From Vicinamibacteria bacterium (GTDB lineage: Bacteria > Acidobacteriota > Vicinamibacteria > Marinacidobacterales > Marinacidobacteraceae), in the NCBI GenBank assembly GCA_963422395.1, contig OY729431.1:1536001-1600000 (forward strand): DNA of 64,000 nucleotides, read 5' to 3'. How positions within the stretch are numbered: position 1 is the stretch's first letter; every line of letters starts with the position of its first letter. Shown in pieces: positions 37,917 through 48,077 of this stretch. Below the pieces are notes generated by a model, which was not told the DNA's origin, did not search any database, and worked only from the letters and a program-made list of their open reading frames with translations. The position numbers and the translations under genes are program-made.

Positions 37917-39290
37917 ATGGCAGAGGAGGTGCAGTTGGCGGTCGGGCGCGCCCGGAAGCTCGCGAATTCGGGAGCCACCGCATCTCGCGCCTTCCGCACC
38001 GCCGCACTCGGAACCCTTGCCGCGCTGCTCCGGGAGCAGCGCACCGGTTGGGAAGAAGCGCTGTACGCGGATCTGGGGGCTCCGCCCTTCGAGAGCTGGG
38101 CCACCCAGATCGGGCTGGTCCATGCGGAGATTCGCCGCGCCCGCCGCCGACTGCGCCGCTGGATGCGGCCGCAGCGGGTCGGAACCCCCCTCGCGGTCAT
38201 GCCGGCGCGGAGCTGGATCGAGCCGGCGCCCCTCGGGGTGGTCCTCGTGATCGCCCCCTGGAACTATCCGTTGCAGCTCACCCTCGCCCCGGCGGCTGCC
38301 GCCATCGCCGCCGGAAACGCGGTGGTCATCAAGCCTTCGGAACACGCTCCAGCCACTGCGCGGCGGCTCGCCGAACGGATCCCCGCCGCACTGCCCGAAG
38401 GACTCGTCGAGGTGGTCCCCGGCCCGCCGGAAACGGCGGTCCGCCTACTGCGTGAACGGTTCGATCACATTCTTTTCACCGGAAGCCGGCGGGTGGGAAC
38501 ACTGGTCGCCGAGGCGGCGGCTCGTTCGCTGACCCCGGTTACGCTGGAACTCGGCGGGAAGTGCCCGACCCTGCTCGACCGCAGCGCCAACCTGCGGGTC
38601 GCCGCCCGCAGGATCGCCTGGGGGAAGTTCCTGAACGCCGGGCAGACCTGCGTCGCTCCGGACTTCGTGCTCGTTCCCCGGGAACGCCTCGAAGAGTTCG
38701 AGGCGTGGATCGCCGCGGATCTGAACCGGTTCTACGGAGGCGCACCGGCTCGGAGCCCCGACTACGCACGCATCGTCCACCGGCGTCATTTCGACCGGCT
38801 GATCCGCCTGCTCGACGGTCTCCCGCTCCGCCGGGGCGGGGAACACGACGCCGAAAGGCGCTTCCTCGCTCCCACCCTCACCGGACCCTGGCCGGCGGGG
38901 CATCCCGCCGCGAGCGAGGAGATCTTCGGGCCGATCCTGCCGATCCTGCCCTACGGCGACCTCGACGAAGCGATCACCGAGCTGCACCGACATCCCGATC
39001 CGCTGGCGCTCTATGTCTTCGCGCGCCGCAGCGAGCCGATACGGCGGGCGGCGGCGGCGATTCGATCCGGAGCACTCGTGGTGAACGATGTGGTCGTCCA
39101 CTGCGCCAATCCGTCGCTTCCCTTCGGGGGAATCGGCCGAAGCGGGTTCGGCGCCTACCACGGGCGGCACGGCTTCGAACGCCTCTCCCATCGGCGCGCC
39201 GTGTTCCGCGCTGCACGCTGGCCCGATCTTCCGGTGCGTTACCCGCCCTACGCCGGCAGGTTCTGGCTGTTGCGGCGCCTGCTGCGCTGA
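37917..39290 (+). CDS. Aldehyde dehydrogenase (ALDH3-like)
   Basis: IAPWNYP, IKPSE, FTGS, LELGGK, NAGQTCVAPD, EEIFGP, PFGGIGRSG. Confidence 0.93.
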   Translation: MAEEVQLAVGRARKLANSGATASRAFRTAALGTLAALLREQRTGWEEALYADLGAPPFESWATQIGLVHAEIRRARRRLRRWMRPQRVGTPLAVMPARSWIEPAPLGVVLVIAPWNYPLQLTLAPAAAAIAAGNAVVIKPSEHAPATARRLAERIPAALPEGLVEVVPGPPETAVRLLRERFDHILFTGSRRVGTLVAEAAARSLTPVTLELGGKCPTLLDRSANLRVAARRIAWGKFLNAGQTCVAPDFVLVPRERLEEFEAWIAADLNRFYGGAPARSPDYARIVHRRHFDRLIRLLDGLPLRRGGEHDAERRFLAPTLTGPWPAGHPAASEEIFGPILPILPYGDLDEAITELHRHPDPLALYVFARRSEPIRRAAAAIRSGALVVNDVVVHCANPSLPFGGIGRSGFGAYHGRHGFERLSHRRAVFRAARWPDLPVRYPPYAGRFWLLRRLLR

Positions 39291-42200
39291 TGCCGGACTC
39301 CCCGACACCCGTGCGGCTGCCCTTCCCCATCGATCCGCGGGACGACCGACCGGAAGTCACTCTCGAAGCCGCCGAAGATCTCGTCCAGCGAATCTGGAAA
39401 ATCGATGCTGCGGCCAGTCCGATCCCCGGCGAGCGGGACCGGAACTTCGTGCTTCGGGAGCGGAACGGGTCCCGCTTCGTGCTCAAGATCAGCGCCCGCA
39501 GCGAGACCGAGCGCCGGTTGGATTTCGAGACCCGCTTGGTCCGGAGCGCCAGGCGGCAGGATCCAGCGCTGCGCTTGCCGGAACTCCTCCCCACCGCGGC
39601 GGGAGAGGATCGAATCCGCCGGCGGTTCGGCGATTCGCTCCACCACATCCGGCTCTTCCGTTATCTCGAAGGGGTACCGATCTCGTCTTTCCGCCGTCGC
39701 CCGCCGGCACTCCTCGACTCCATCGGCCGCTTTCTCGGGCGATTGCAAAACGCGATCGCCGCCGCCGAAACCCCGAATCCCGAAGCCTCGAACCCCGCAG
39801 CCCGGGAACCCGGACCTCCGAGGCCGGACACTCCGAACATTCCCTGGGCGCTGCCTCACGCCGAGCGGGTGATCCGGGAGGCGGCCGCGGTCCTCCCCGC
39901 CGGCCCCGAGCGAGGGCTCTATCAGCGCCTCGCGGATTCGATGATCGGCGAGTTGCCGCAGCTGCTGGCATTGCCCTCGACCCCGATCCACAACGACGCC
40001 AACGACGACAACCTGCTCCTGATCTCCGGAGAGCCGGAGGCCGCGGGCCCCGAGGACCTCATTCTGTTGGACTTCGGAGACGCTCTCGCTGCTCCCGCAG
40101 TCGTCGAAGCCGCGACGGCGGCCCTCTACGCCAGCGGCACTGCTCCGGACCCGATCGGAGCGGCAGCTCTCGTACTCAAGGGATTCGCCGACGAGCACCC
40201 GGTGACCGGGGAGGAGGCAGCACTCTTTCGCACGGCGATCGGCGTCCGGGCACTGGTCAGCGCCGGGGTCGCCGCTCTCCGCCGGGAAGCCGCCGAGCCA
40301 ACCCCCCCCGAGCCGTATCTGCTGACCAGCGAAGACGGAGTCTGGCATTTCCTGCGAACGCTCGAAGCGGAAACGCCGGCGGTCGCCGACGGACGCTTCC
40401 GGCTGGCATCGGGCCACGATCCCCTTCCGGGTGCGGCGGCACGGCGAACGGCGATCCGGCGGGCGGCCGCCGAAGCGGCGCCGCCGATCCGCTGGAGCGG
40501 CGGGGGGGTCCGCTGGCTGGATCTGACCCCGGCGAGTCCCACCGTGGATCCTGCGGCGCCGGGAGAAGCCTTGGCGCGGGCGGCCGCGGCGGCACGCAAG
40601 GCGGGGGCTACCGCGATCGGCAGGACCGGGGAAGCGCGCTTTCCGGAAACCGCTCCTACGGAAGCCGACCCGGCACCGGCCCGAAACCCGAGCGCCGACC
40701 CGCGCACCATCGAACTCGGCATCGAGGTCTTCGCACCCTCGGGAACCCTCGTCACTGCAGCGCTCGACGGGGCGGTCGCTTCGGTCGGCGAGGACTCTGC
40801 TCCGTGGGGCAGCAGCCTCGCCGTCCGGATCCACCACCAGGTGGGAACGGCGGAGTTGTGGACCCGCTACCGCCATCTCGCCCGGGATGGACTGAAAGCG
40901 CTTCGGCCCGGAGACCCGGTGCGCCGGGGAGAGCCTCTCGGAGCTCTCGCCGAGCCCCCCGCGAAGAGTGGCTGGCCGCCGCACCTTCGATTCCAGCTGC
41001 TCGCCGCCGATCTCGGCAACCGGCCGCCCGGGCGGTGCACTCCCGGCGACTTCCCTCTCTTCCGGGCGCTTTGCCCAGACCCGTCCCCGTTCCTCGGCCT
41101 CGACGACAGCGCCGCGGCGGCCGGCGACTGCGGCGAAGAGGTGTCCGCGTTGCGGAAAGCGCGCCGCCGGCACCTCAGCGGAGTGCTGAGTCTTTCCTAC
41201 GACGACCCCATCCAGGTCGTCCGGGGCCGCGGCGCGCGCCTCTACGACGCCGCCGGCAGGGACTACCTCGACATGGTGAACAATGTCTGCCATGTCGGCC
41301 ACTCGCATCCGCAGGTCGCCGGCGCGATCGCACGGCAGGCAGGGCTGCTGAACACGAACACCCGCTACCTGTACCGGGAACTCACCGATTACGCCGAACG
41401 GCTCGCGGCCACCCTGCCGGACCCGCTCGAGGTGGTGTTCCTCACGAACTCGGGCAGCGAGGCGAACGACCTGGCGCTCCGGATCGCGCGCACGCGGCTG
41501 GGGACCCGCAAAACTCTGGTTTTCGAGAGCGGCTACCACGGAAACCTGACCTCGCTGATCGAAGTGAGTCCCTACAAGCTCGACGGCAGCGGAGGTGCTC
41601 CGGGCCCTCGGTGGCTCCACCGGCTGCCGATGCCCTGCAGCTTCCGTAGCCCCTTCCGGGGCCATTATCGCGAAGCGGCGCCCGGCTTCCGGGAGGCCCT
41701 CATCGCCGATGCCGAACGCCGCATCCACGACTGCGGGCCGGCGGCCTTCCTCGGCGAGGCGATCCTCGGTTGCGGCGGGCAGATCGTCCCGCCGCCGGGG
41801 TATCTGGGAGCCCTCTACCGCGCGGTGCACGACGCCGGGGGCGTGGTCGTGGCCGACGAAGTGCAGACCGGCTTCGGCCGGGTGGGGCCGGACTTCTGGG
41901 CCTTCCTAGCGGTCCAGGACGACGGGGATCCGGTGATCCCCGACATCGTCACCCTCGGCAAACCGGCCGGAAACGGCCATCCACTGGGAGCGGTGGTCAC
42001 CACCCGCGAGCTGGCCCGTTCCTTCGAAACCGGAATGGAGTACTTCAACACCTTCGGAGGCAATCCAGTGTCCTGCGCTGCCGGGCTCGCGGTGCTGGAG
42101 GTTATCCGCGACGAAGGGCTCGCAGCCCACGCGGAGGCAGTGGGGACCCGGCTGCTTTGCGGACTCGACGAGCTCGCGAACCGGTACCCTATCGTCGGTC

Positions 42201-42439
42201 AGGCGCGGGGGCGCGGGCTCTTTCTCGGCTTCGAACTGGTTCGGGACTCCGCCAGCCGCGAACCGGCTCCCCGGGAAGCGCACCGGCTGGTGAACCGGTT
42301 ACGCGAGTTTCGCATCCTGAACAGCACCGACGGCCCCGACGCCAATGTCATCAAGATCAAACCGCCCCTGCCCTTTTCGGCTGCCGATGCCGACCGGTAC
42401 CTAGAGACGCTCGAGTTCGTGCTGAGGGAACAGTTCTGA
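39290..42439 (+). CDS. Aminoglycoside-phosphotransferase-like kinase, M23-like domain and class-III PLP enzyme fusion
   Basis: GERDRNF, IHNDANDDN, LDFGD; YLDMVNNVCHVGH, NSGSEAND, DEVQTGFGR, LGKPAGNG, NTFGGNP; TGATG overlap with ALDH. Confidence 0.88.
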   Translation: MPDSPTPVRLPFPIDPRDDRPEVTLEAAEDLVQRIWKIDAAASPIPGERDRNFVLRERNGSRFVLKISARSETERRLDFETRLVRSARRQDPALRLPELLPTAAGEDRIRRRFGDSLHHIRLFRYLEGVPISSFRRRPPALLDSIGRFLGRLQNAIAAAETPNPEASNPAAREPGPPRPDTPNIPWALPHAERVIREAAAVLPAGPERGLYQRLADSMIGELPQLLALPSTPIHNDANDDNLLLISGEPEAAGPEDLILLDFGDALAAPAVVEAATAALYASGTAPDPIGAAALVLKGFADEHPVTGEEAALFRTAIGVRALVSAGVAALRREAAEPTPPEPYLLTSEDGVWHFLRTLEAETPAVADGRFRLASGHDPLPGAAARRTAIRRAAAEAAPPIRWSGGGVRWLDLTPASPTVDPAAPGEALARAAAAARKAGATAIGRTGEARFPETAPTEADPAPARNPSADPRTIELGIEVFAPSGTLVTAALDGAVASVGEDSAPWGSSLAVRIHHQVGTAELWTRYRHLARDGLKALRPGDPVRRGEPLGALAEPPAKSGWPPHLRFQLLAADLGNRPPGRCTPGDFPLFRALCPDPSPFLGLDDSAAAAGDCGEEVSALRKARRRHLSGVLSLSYDDPIQVVRGRGARLYDAAGRDYLDMVNNVCHVGHSHPQVAGAIARQAGLLNTNTRYLYRELTDYAERLAATLPDPLEVVFLTNSGSEANDLALRIARTRLGTRKTLVFESGYHGNLTSLIEVSPYKLDGSGGAPGPRWLHRLPMPCSFRSPFRGHYREAAPGFREALIADAERRIHDCGPAAFLGEAILGCGGQIVPPPGYLGALYRAVHDAGGVVVADEVQTGFGRVGPDFWAFLAVQDDGDPVIPDIVTLGKPAGNGHPLGAVVTTRELARSFETGMEYFNTFGGNPVSCAAGLAVLEVIRDEGLAAHAEAVGTRLLCGLDELANRYPIVGQARGRGLFLGFELVRDSASREPAPREAHRLVNRLREFRILNSTDGPDANVIKIKPPLPFSAADADRYLETLEFVLREQF

Positions 42440-43188
42440 GACCCACCCCACACGACGGCCTTCCCGAGCCGGGCCCCGACGAGAAGCGGAAACCGGCTGC
42501 AGATCTGAGCCTCGTAGAGGTGCCGCCCGCCGGGGAGCACCGGGCGACGGTCTTCTGGCTCCACGGGCTCGGCGCCGACGGGCACGACTTCCTTCCCATC
42601 CTTCCCGCCCTCCGGCTGTCGGACAGCCTCGGGGTCCGTTTCGTCTTTCCCGAAGCACCCTTCCGCCCGGTGACGATCAACGGGGGCATGGTGATGCGCG
42701 CCTGGTACGACATCGAGGCGTTGTCCCGTGAAGGGCACGCCCATCGGGATCACCTCGCTGCCGCCGTCATCGGTATCCGGGGACTGATCGAGCAGGAGCA
42801 GGCTCGGGGTATCCCGCCGGAACGAATGGTGCTCGCCGGCTTTTCCCAGGGCGGCGCCGTCGCACTCCAGACCGCGGCGGGCGAGGGGCCGGACGAAGAG
42901 GCGCCGCCGCGGCTCGGCGGGGTGCTGGCTATGTCGTGCTACCTCCCTTTCCCCGAACGGGTGGTTCTCGCCGGCGAGCATGCTGCCCCGGTGTTCCAGG
43001 CGCACGGCTCGACCGACGACATCGTGCCGCTCCCCCTCGGGATTCGGTCGCGCGAGGTGCTGCGAACTGCGGGTTGGGAGGTGGATTTCAGGACCTACTC
43101 GATGGGCCACCAGATCTCGGAAGCCGAAATCCGGGATGGGGGTCTCTTCCTGAGGCGGGTTCTGTCCGCTGGCTCGGGCGCCCGGTGA
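42436..43188 (+). CDS. Phospholipase/carboxylesterase (alpha/beta hydrolase); start uncertain
   Basis: WLHGLGADG, PVTINGG..MRAWYDI, GFSQGG, HGSTDDIV, MGH. Confidence 0.88.
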   Translation: MRPTPHDGLPEPGPDEKRKPAADLSLVEVPPAGEHRATVFWLHGLGADGHDFLPILPALRLSDSLGVRFVFPEAPFRPVTINGGMVMRAWYDIEALSREGHAHRDHLAAAVIGIRGLIEQEQARGIPPERMVLAGFSQGGAVALQTAAGEGPDEEAPPRLGGVLAMSCYLPFPERVVLAGEHAAPVFQAHGSTDDIVPLPLGIRSREVLRTAGWEVDFRTYSMGHQISEAEIRDGGLFLRRVLSAGSGAR

Positions 43189-44189
43189 ACGATCCCCGAA
43201 CTCCGGTCAGCCTGATCACCGGCGCCAGCGGCGAGATCGGCACCGCGCTGCTCCGCCGCCTGGTCGAGGAACGCGGGGAAACGGTGGTGACAGTGGATCT
43301 TCGGCCGCTGCCATCCGCTGCGGAGGGCGGGCTTCCTCTGGAGCATTACCGGGGGGACATCCTCGACGACGCACTTTGGGAGGCTCTCTACCGCCGTTAT
43401 CGTCCTACCCTCGTCTTTCACCTCGCGGCGGTCCTCTCGACCCGCGCCGAAGAGGTCCCGCACCGGGCGCACCGAGTAAACGCCGAGGGCGCCGCCCGCC
43501 TGCTCCAGCTCGCCGAAGAAAATGCCGACGGCCGAGCGGTTCGTTTCGTCTTCCCTAGCTCGATCGCAGTGTACGGCCTGCCCTCGCACGGCGAGAAGGC
43601 GGCCGCAGCCCCGGTGGGGGAAGACGAGCATCGGGATCCGGCGACCCTCTACGGCGCCCAAAAGCTCTACATCGAACAGCTCGGAGCGGCGCTCGACCGG
43701 CGCGGCCGGCTCGATTTTCGGGCGGTGCGCCTGCCCGGCCTCATCTCCGCCGACACCCTGCCCCAGGGAGGCACCAGCGACTGGGCGCCGGAACTCGTCC
43801 ACGCCGCGGCGCGCGGCGAGCCGTACGACTGCTTCGTGAAGGAAGACGCGCGGCTCCCCTTCTGCGCCATGCCGGATGCGATCCGGGGCATCCTGCAGCT
43901 CGCTTTTCGCGAGAAGAAAGCGCTTACGCGCACCGCCTACAACCTCGGCGGCCCCAGCCTCTCGGCAGCCGAAATCATCGCCCGGGTCCAAAGGGACTAT
44001 CCCGATCTCGAAATCCGTTTCCGGCTCGACGCGTTTCGGGACCGGATCGTGGCCAGCTGGCCAGCTGCAGTGGACGATCGGGCGGCCCGGCGCGATTTCG
44101 CCTTCATGCCGGAGCACGATCGAGAGACCCTTTTCTCCCGCTATCTCATCCCGGGCATTCGGCGCCGTTATCGGAAAGGAGGTCGGTAG
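43185..44189 (+). CDS. NAD-dependent epimerase/dehydratase (SDR-type threonine dehydrogenase-like)
   Basis: ITGASGEIG, FHLAAVLS, PSSIAVYG, YGAQK, GGTSDW, SWP. Confidence 0.85.
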   Translation: MNDPRTPVSLITGASGEIGTALLRRLVEERGETVVTVDLRPLPSAAEGGLPLEHYRGDILDDALWEALYRRYRPTLVFHLAAVLSTRAEEVPHRAHRVNAEGAARLLQLAEENADGRAVRFVFPSSIAVYGLPSHGEKAAAAPVGEDEHRDPATLYGAQKLYIEQLGAALDRRGRLDFRAVRLPGLISADTLPQGGTSDWAPELVHAAARGEPYDCFVKEDARLPFCAMPDAIRGILQLAFREKKALTRTAYNLGGPSLSAAEIIARVQRDYPDLEIRFRLDAFRDRIVASWPAAVDDRAARRDFAFMPEHDRETLFSRYLIPGIRRRYRKGGR

Positions 44190-44275
44190 CGATGGGTTCT
44201 GGCAGCTCGAGGGGCAACCCCCACCGTTCGGCACCCGAACGCGACACCGGGCGCGAGCGGCCGTACACTTCCCGG

Positions 44276-45049
44276 ATGAGCCGTGAGCCCCGATCTCCCT
44301 TCTGGTCCGGCGTCCTCTCACCGCTGCTCGCCGCCGCGCTAGGCGCCGCGGTCTATGTCGGACTGACCCGGCTGAGTGCCGATCCGGACGCCGACTATCT
44401 CTTTCGACTGGGGATGGTCGCGTTCGCGATGCTGCTTCCTCCGGCATTCGCCCTCCGAGCCGCAGTCCGGACCCACCGGTCGCGAGGGCTCTCCTGGACC
44501 GGCTGGGTCGGCGCCGGAGTGGCGCTCGCTTCGCTCCTGCTCGTCACCGTCCCGATCGGCGGCGCGCTGCGGCGAGCCCGGCAAGCAGCCAATCTCGCCC
44601 TTTCCGGAGTCGCCGCCCCCGAATTCTTGGCGCGCGACCTGGACGGACGGGTTCACCGGCTCTCCGAGCATCGCGGGTCGGTAGTGCTCGTGAACATCTG
44701 GGCCACCTGGTGCCCGCCCTGCCGGGCGGAGATGCCCGAACTGGACCGCTTGGCTCGCGAGCGGGGGGAGGACGGGCTCCGGGTGTTCGGGATTTCGACC
44801 GAAGACGAAGCGACCCAACGAAACTTCCGCAGCAGCGTGCTGTCGGTGGGCTATCCGCTCCTGTTGCCCGGAGCACTGCCGGCCGGTGTGATGCCGGAGA
44901 TCTTCACCGAGACCGCCCGTTATCCGGCGAATTTCCTGATCGACCGGGATGGCTTGCTGCACCCGGCGCCGAGCACCGACCAGCCCTTCGCCGTTCTCGA
45001 AGCCGAGGTGGACAGGTTCCTGGACTCACCGCCCGCGGCGGCACTCTGA
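44276..45049 (+). CDS. TlpA-like thiol-disulfide redoxin with three N-terminal TM helices
   Basis: NIWATWCPPCRAEMP, FLIDRDG. Confidence 0.88.
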   Translation: MSREPRSPFWSGVLSPLLAAALGAAVYVGLTRLSADPDADYLFRLGMVAFAMLLPPAFALRAAVRTHRSRGLSWTGWVGAGVALASLLLVTVPIGGALRRARQAANLALSGVAAPEFLARDLDGRVHRLSEHRGSVVLVNIWATWCPPCRAEMPELDRLARERGEDGLRVFGISTEDEATQRNFRSSVLSVGYPLLLPGALPAGVMPEIFTETARYPANFLIDRDGLLHPAPSTDQPFAVLEAEVDRFLDSPPAAAL

Positions 45050-45070
45050 TCAAGCGGCGCAGACTGCTAG

Positions 45071-45239
45071 CAGTCTGTGGATAAAGTGGCGCGAGCCCCA
45101 AGATCGGGGAGGCGCCCGGCGGACAAGGCGTGATTCGGGAGGCATACCGGGCGTATTCCGACGGAATCGCAACGCCGAGCAAAGCGTTCAGCCGGGATGC
45201 ATCGCCGATCGACGGCCGTGTGACTTTGTCCACAGACTG
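45071..45239 (+). mobile_element. 169-bp MITE with 17-bp TIRs and CTAG duplication
   Basis: CTAG|CAGTCTGTGGATAAAGT ... ACTTTGTCCACAGACTG|CTAG (16 of 17 match); lies between convergent genes. Confidence 0.88.
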
Positions 45240-46703
45240 CTAGGGCTCGCGGGAGCCGAAACCGAGGGCCATGATCGAAGGAACGGCGATGCCGTTCAGA
45301 GTGGCCGGGCTGAAGCGGCCGCGCACCAGCGAGATCATCGTCTGGTGGGTGCGGCTCGAACTCTCGGGATTGAAATGCGCTGACTTCACCGCTCCGCGGT
45401 GGTCTATCAGCACCATCACGCCGTCCCCCGCAGACGAGCGCCGCGATCCGCCCCGGTCGCGCAGCGGGGTGGGGGTGCTTCGCAGCACCGGCGGCTCGTA
45501 TTGGACCTCGGGGTCGGCACCCGCCCGCACCGCGAGCAGGAAGGGGGCGAGGTCATGCATCAGATAATCGAAATCGGTTTCGAATGCGACCTCGAACGCT
45601 TCCTGCGACATTTCCAGATCGGTGCGGAGCGCGTAGAGATAGCCGAGTTGCAGGTGGGCCTCGGCATCCCGAGGCCGAAGATCGAGCAGAGCCCGATACA
45701 GGCTTTCGGTGTCTTCGAGATCGCCGTTGAGGGAGTGGGAACGCGCGAGGAGACGAAGGGCGCGGAGATTCGTCGGATCCAGTAGCAGCACCTCTCCGAG
45801 CTCTTCGATAGCGAGTTCGAGATCCCGAGCACCGAGATGGGACTCTCCGATCAACAGCCGCACCTCGTTCCGCTGGTGGTCGGAGACGGGCATGAAGGTC
45901 GAGAGCCAGTTGATCGCCTGATCGAACTTTCCGTCCTCGATGTAGCGCCGGGCCTGCCGGATGGGGTCCTCCATGCCGACGACCATTTCGAGCGGCGGGT
46001 CGGGCCGCGTCGGCCGCAGCATGAAGTGCCGCTGCGGAACCACCGCCTGTTCGCTCAGGCTGCCGGAGAGCACCGGGTAGGCCGACGACAGCCGCTCCAT
46101 CGCCACCTCGAAGTCATCGAGCACCCGGAGTTTCTGCCCCTCGTACACCATGCCCCTCCGCTCGGCACCGGCCCGGATGGTCCCGATGTACACCGGACGG
46201 TCCGAGGGCACCGAGATGAGGGTTTCCCCCTGCTCGTGCGCCTGCGGCGACACGGTGAAGCGCTGCCGGATCGGGCGGAACCGCCGCACATTCAGCGGGC
46301 GGATGTTCGGGAAATAGACCGCCTCGACGGCCTCGACATCGTAAACGCCGGGCAGCACCAGTTCGGCGATCAGTCCCAGCCCATCGTCGATGGCGAGCGT
46401 TTGCCGGTTACCGGTGTCCCGATGCCGAAGCACGATCCGCCGCGAACGGAAGTCCGGACTCTCGAACTTGCCGACGAAACGGCCGATGACGAGGGACTTG
46501 CCGTCGCGCTGCACCTCGGACCACACCGATCCGCGCGAGGGGGGTTCGGCGCGGGCGACGCCGACCGTGAGAACCGCTGCCCCGAAGCCCGCGGAAAGCG
46601 TCCAGGAAAAGCGAGCGCGCCGGAGAAAGCGGCCGATGACGGGAAGAAAAGGAACGACGCCAGACACATCCGGGATGGTCTCACCCTTCTCCGCGCCGTT
46701 CAA
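45240..46703 (-). CDS. Exported TPR protein with TonB-C-like C-terminus
   Basis: Signal-like N-terminus, TPRs (AIEELGEVLLLDPTN, AEAHLQLGYLY), tail VMVLIDHRGAV...RFSPATLNGIAV. Confidence 0.7.
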   Translation of the reverse strand: MNGAEKGETIPDVSGVVPFLPVIGRFLRRARFSWTLSAGFGAAVLTVGVARAEPPSRGSVWSEVQRDGKSLVIGRFVGKFESPDFRSRRIVLRHRDTGNRQTLAIDDGLGLIAELVLPGVYDVEAVEAVYFPNIRPLNVRRFRPIRQRFTVSPQAHEQGETLISVPSDRPVYIGTIRAGAERRGMVYEGQKLRVLDDFEVAMERLSSAYPVLSGSLSEQAVVPQRHFMLRPTRPDPPLEMVVGMEDPIRQARRYIEDGKFDQAINWLSTFMPVSDHQRNEVRLLIGESHLGARDLELAIEELGEVLLLDPTNLRALRLLARSHSLNGDLEDTESLYRALLDLRPRDAEAHLQLGYLYALRTDLEMSQEAFEVAFETDFDYLMHDLAPFLLAVRAGADPEVQYEPPVLRSTPTPLRDRGGSRRSSAGDGVMVLIDHRGAVKSAHFNPESSSRTHQTMISLVRGRFSPATLNGIAVPSIMALGFGSREP

Positions 46704-46762
46704 CCGGACCTCGCATTCGGTCGGCGGAGACCGGAACGCACCCCTTCCCTTCGGGGCTCGAC

Positions 46763-48067
46763 TCAGGAGGCAGGGCCGCCCGGTGCGGTGCGGGCTTCCA
46801 GGCGATACAACGCGAGGCGCGCGCGATCGGCGACCTCCCGATCAGGGTCCTCGACTGCTGCAGTGAGCCCCGGAATGGCCTCCCGATCTCCGATGCGCTC
46901 CAGGAGCGCGATGAGTTCGAGCCGCACTTCCCGGTCTGGATCTTCGAGATAGCGGACGAATTCGGCGAGCATCGCGGAGCCGAGCTCGAGCGCATACTGC
47001 CGGGCCACTTCGCCGACTCCACTGTCGCCGAGGGAAAGGACGATCCGGTCCACGAAGGGCGCCTGCCCCAGCCGCGCCAGCGAGAAACAGAAGGCGAGCT
47101 GTGCCCGACGATCCTCTTCGCGGAGAAAATCACGAATCAATCCGTCCACCAGCGAAGGATCGTCGAGCCGGCCGATTCCCTCGGCCGCCAACTCCCGCCG
47201 TCGGGCTTCCCGGCTTCCGAGCTCATGGTAGAAGGTGCCTCGGGCGCCTGGATGGCCCATCCGCGCGAGCGACTCCAGCGCGTCGCGGCCGGTCCTGCTC
47301 CCCGGATCTTCGTCGTACACCGCGAGCAGCGCCGAACCGGCAGGCCGGTACGCCATCACTCCCAAGGCCCGCACCGCCTCGGCACGCAGTCCGGGAGATG
47401 GAAGCAGGGCGAGCAGGATCTCTCCCGCTTCGTCCGTGCCCACCGAACCGAGTGCCCGCACCGACTCCTGCTGCACGCCCTCGTCGGGGTCCACCTCGGC
47501 GGCGCGCCGCAAGATGTCGGCCGCATCGCTCGCTCTGAGATCGCCGAGCGCTTCAGCGGCGAGGCGGCGGATTGCGGCTTCTTCGTCGCTGAGGCGGCCG
47601 CCGAGCGCCTCGGTGATTCCCGGGGCGACCGGACGCATCGGGTCGAGCACGAAAACCTCCTCGCGGCGGAGCAGCCAGTTCATGGCGCGCTCCCCGCGCC
47701 CGGCGATCGGATCGAGGCTGTGCATCTCGACGAGCCCGCGGATGGCGTCGCGGCGGTGATCCCGTTCCTCGTCCTCCAGAAAGGCGGCGAGGCCGGACGC
47801 GGTATCGGGCCGCCTTCGGGAGATGAGCGCATCCAGCACGGTACGCCGCACCTGCAGGTCCGGATCCTGCGCGGCGTCGGAGAGCACGGTGATCGCCGCT
47901 GTCGATCCGTCCTCGCCGAGGGCTCGCGCGGCCTCCCGCCGCGTGCGCGGATCGTCGCTCTCGATGCGGCTGGCCAACTCTTCAACGCTCGGCTGGAGGG
48001 CGGCAGCCGCCGCCGGACCGGCGAGCAACGCGGTGACGAGCCAGAAGCCCGCGCAGCGCCGGGGCAT
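46763..48067 (-). CDS. Exported HEAT-repeat protein
   Basis: Repeated RREAARALG / RRLAAEALG / DPDREV motifs after a signal peptide. Confidence 0.85.
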   Translation of the reverse strand: MPRRCAGFWLVTALLAGPAAAAALQPSVEELASRIESDDPRTRREAARALGEDGSTAAITVLSDAAQDPDLQVRRTVLDALISRRRPDTASGLAAFLEDEERDHRRDAIRGLVEMHSLDPIAGRGERAMNWLLRREEVFVLDPMRPVAPGITEALGGRLSDEEAAIRRLAAEALGDLRASDAADILRRAAEVDPDEGVQQESVRALGSVGTDEAGEILLALLPSPGLRAEAVRALGVMAYRPAGSALLAVYDEDPGSRTGRDALESLARMGHPGARGTFYHELGSREARRRELAAEGIGRLDDPSLVDGLIRDFLREEDRRAQLAFCFSLARLGQAPFVDRIVLSLGDSGVGEVARQYALELGSAMLAEFVRYLEDPDREVRLELIALLERIGDREAIPGLTAAVEDPDREVADRARLALYRLEARTAPGGPAS

Positions 48068-48077
48068 CGGTCTCCCG

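Noticed and set aside
39765-39840. Degenerate 15-bp tandem repeat in the kinase domain (similar short repeats at about 2182-2220, 23505-23560 and 50870-50945)
   Set aside because: Low-complexity linker or signal expansions with no sign of a functional array
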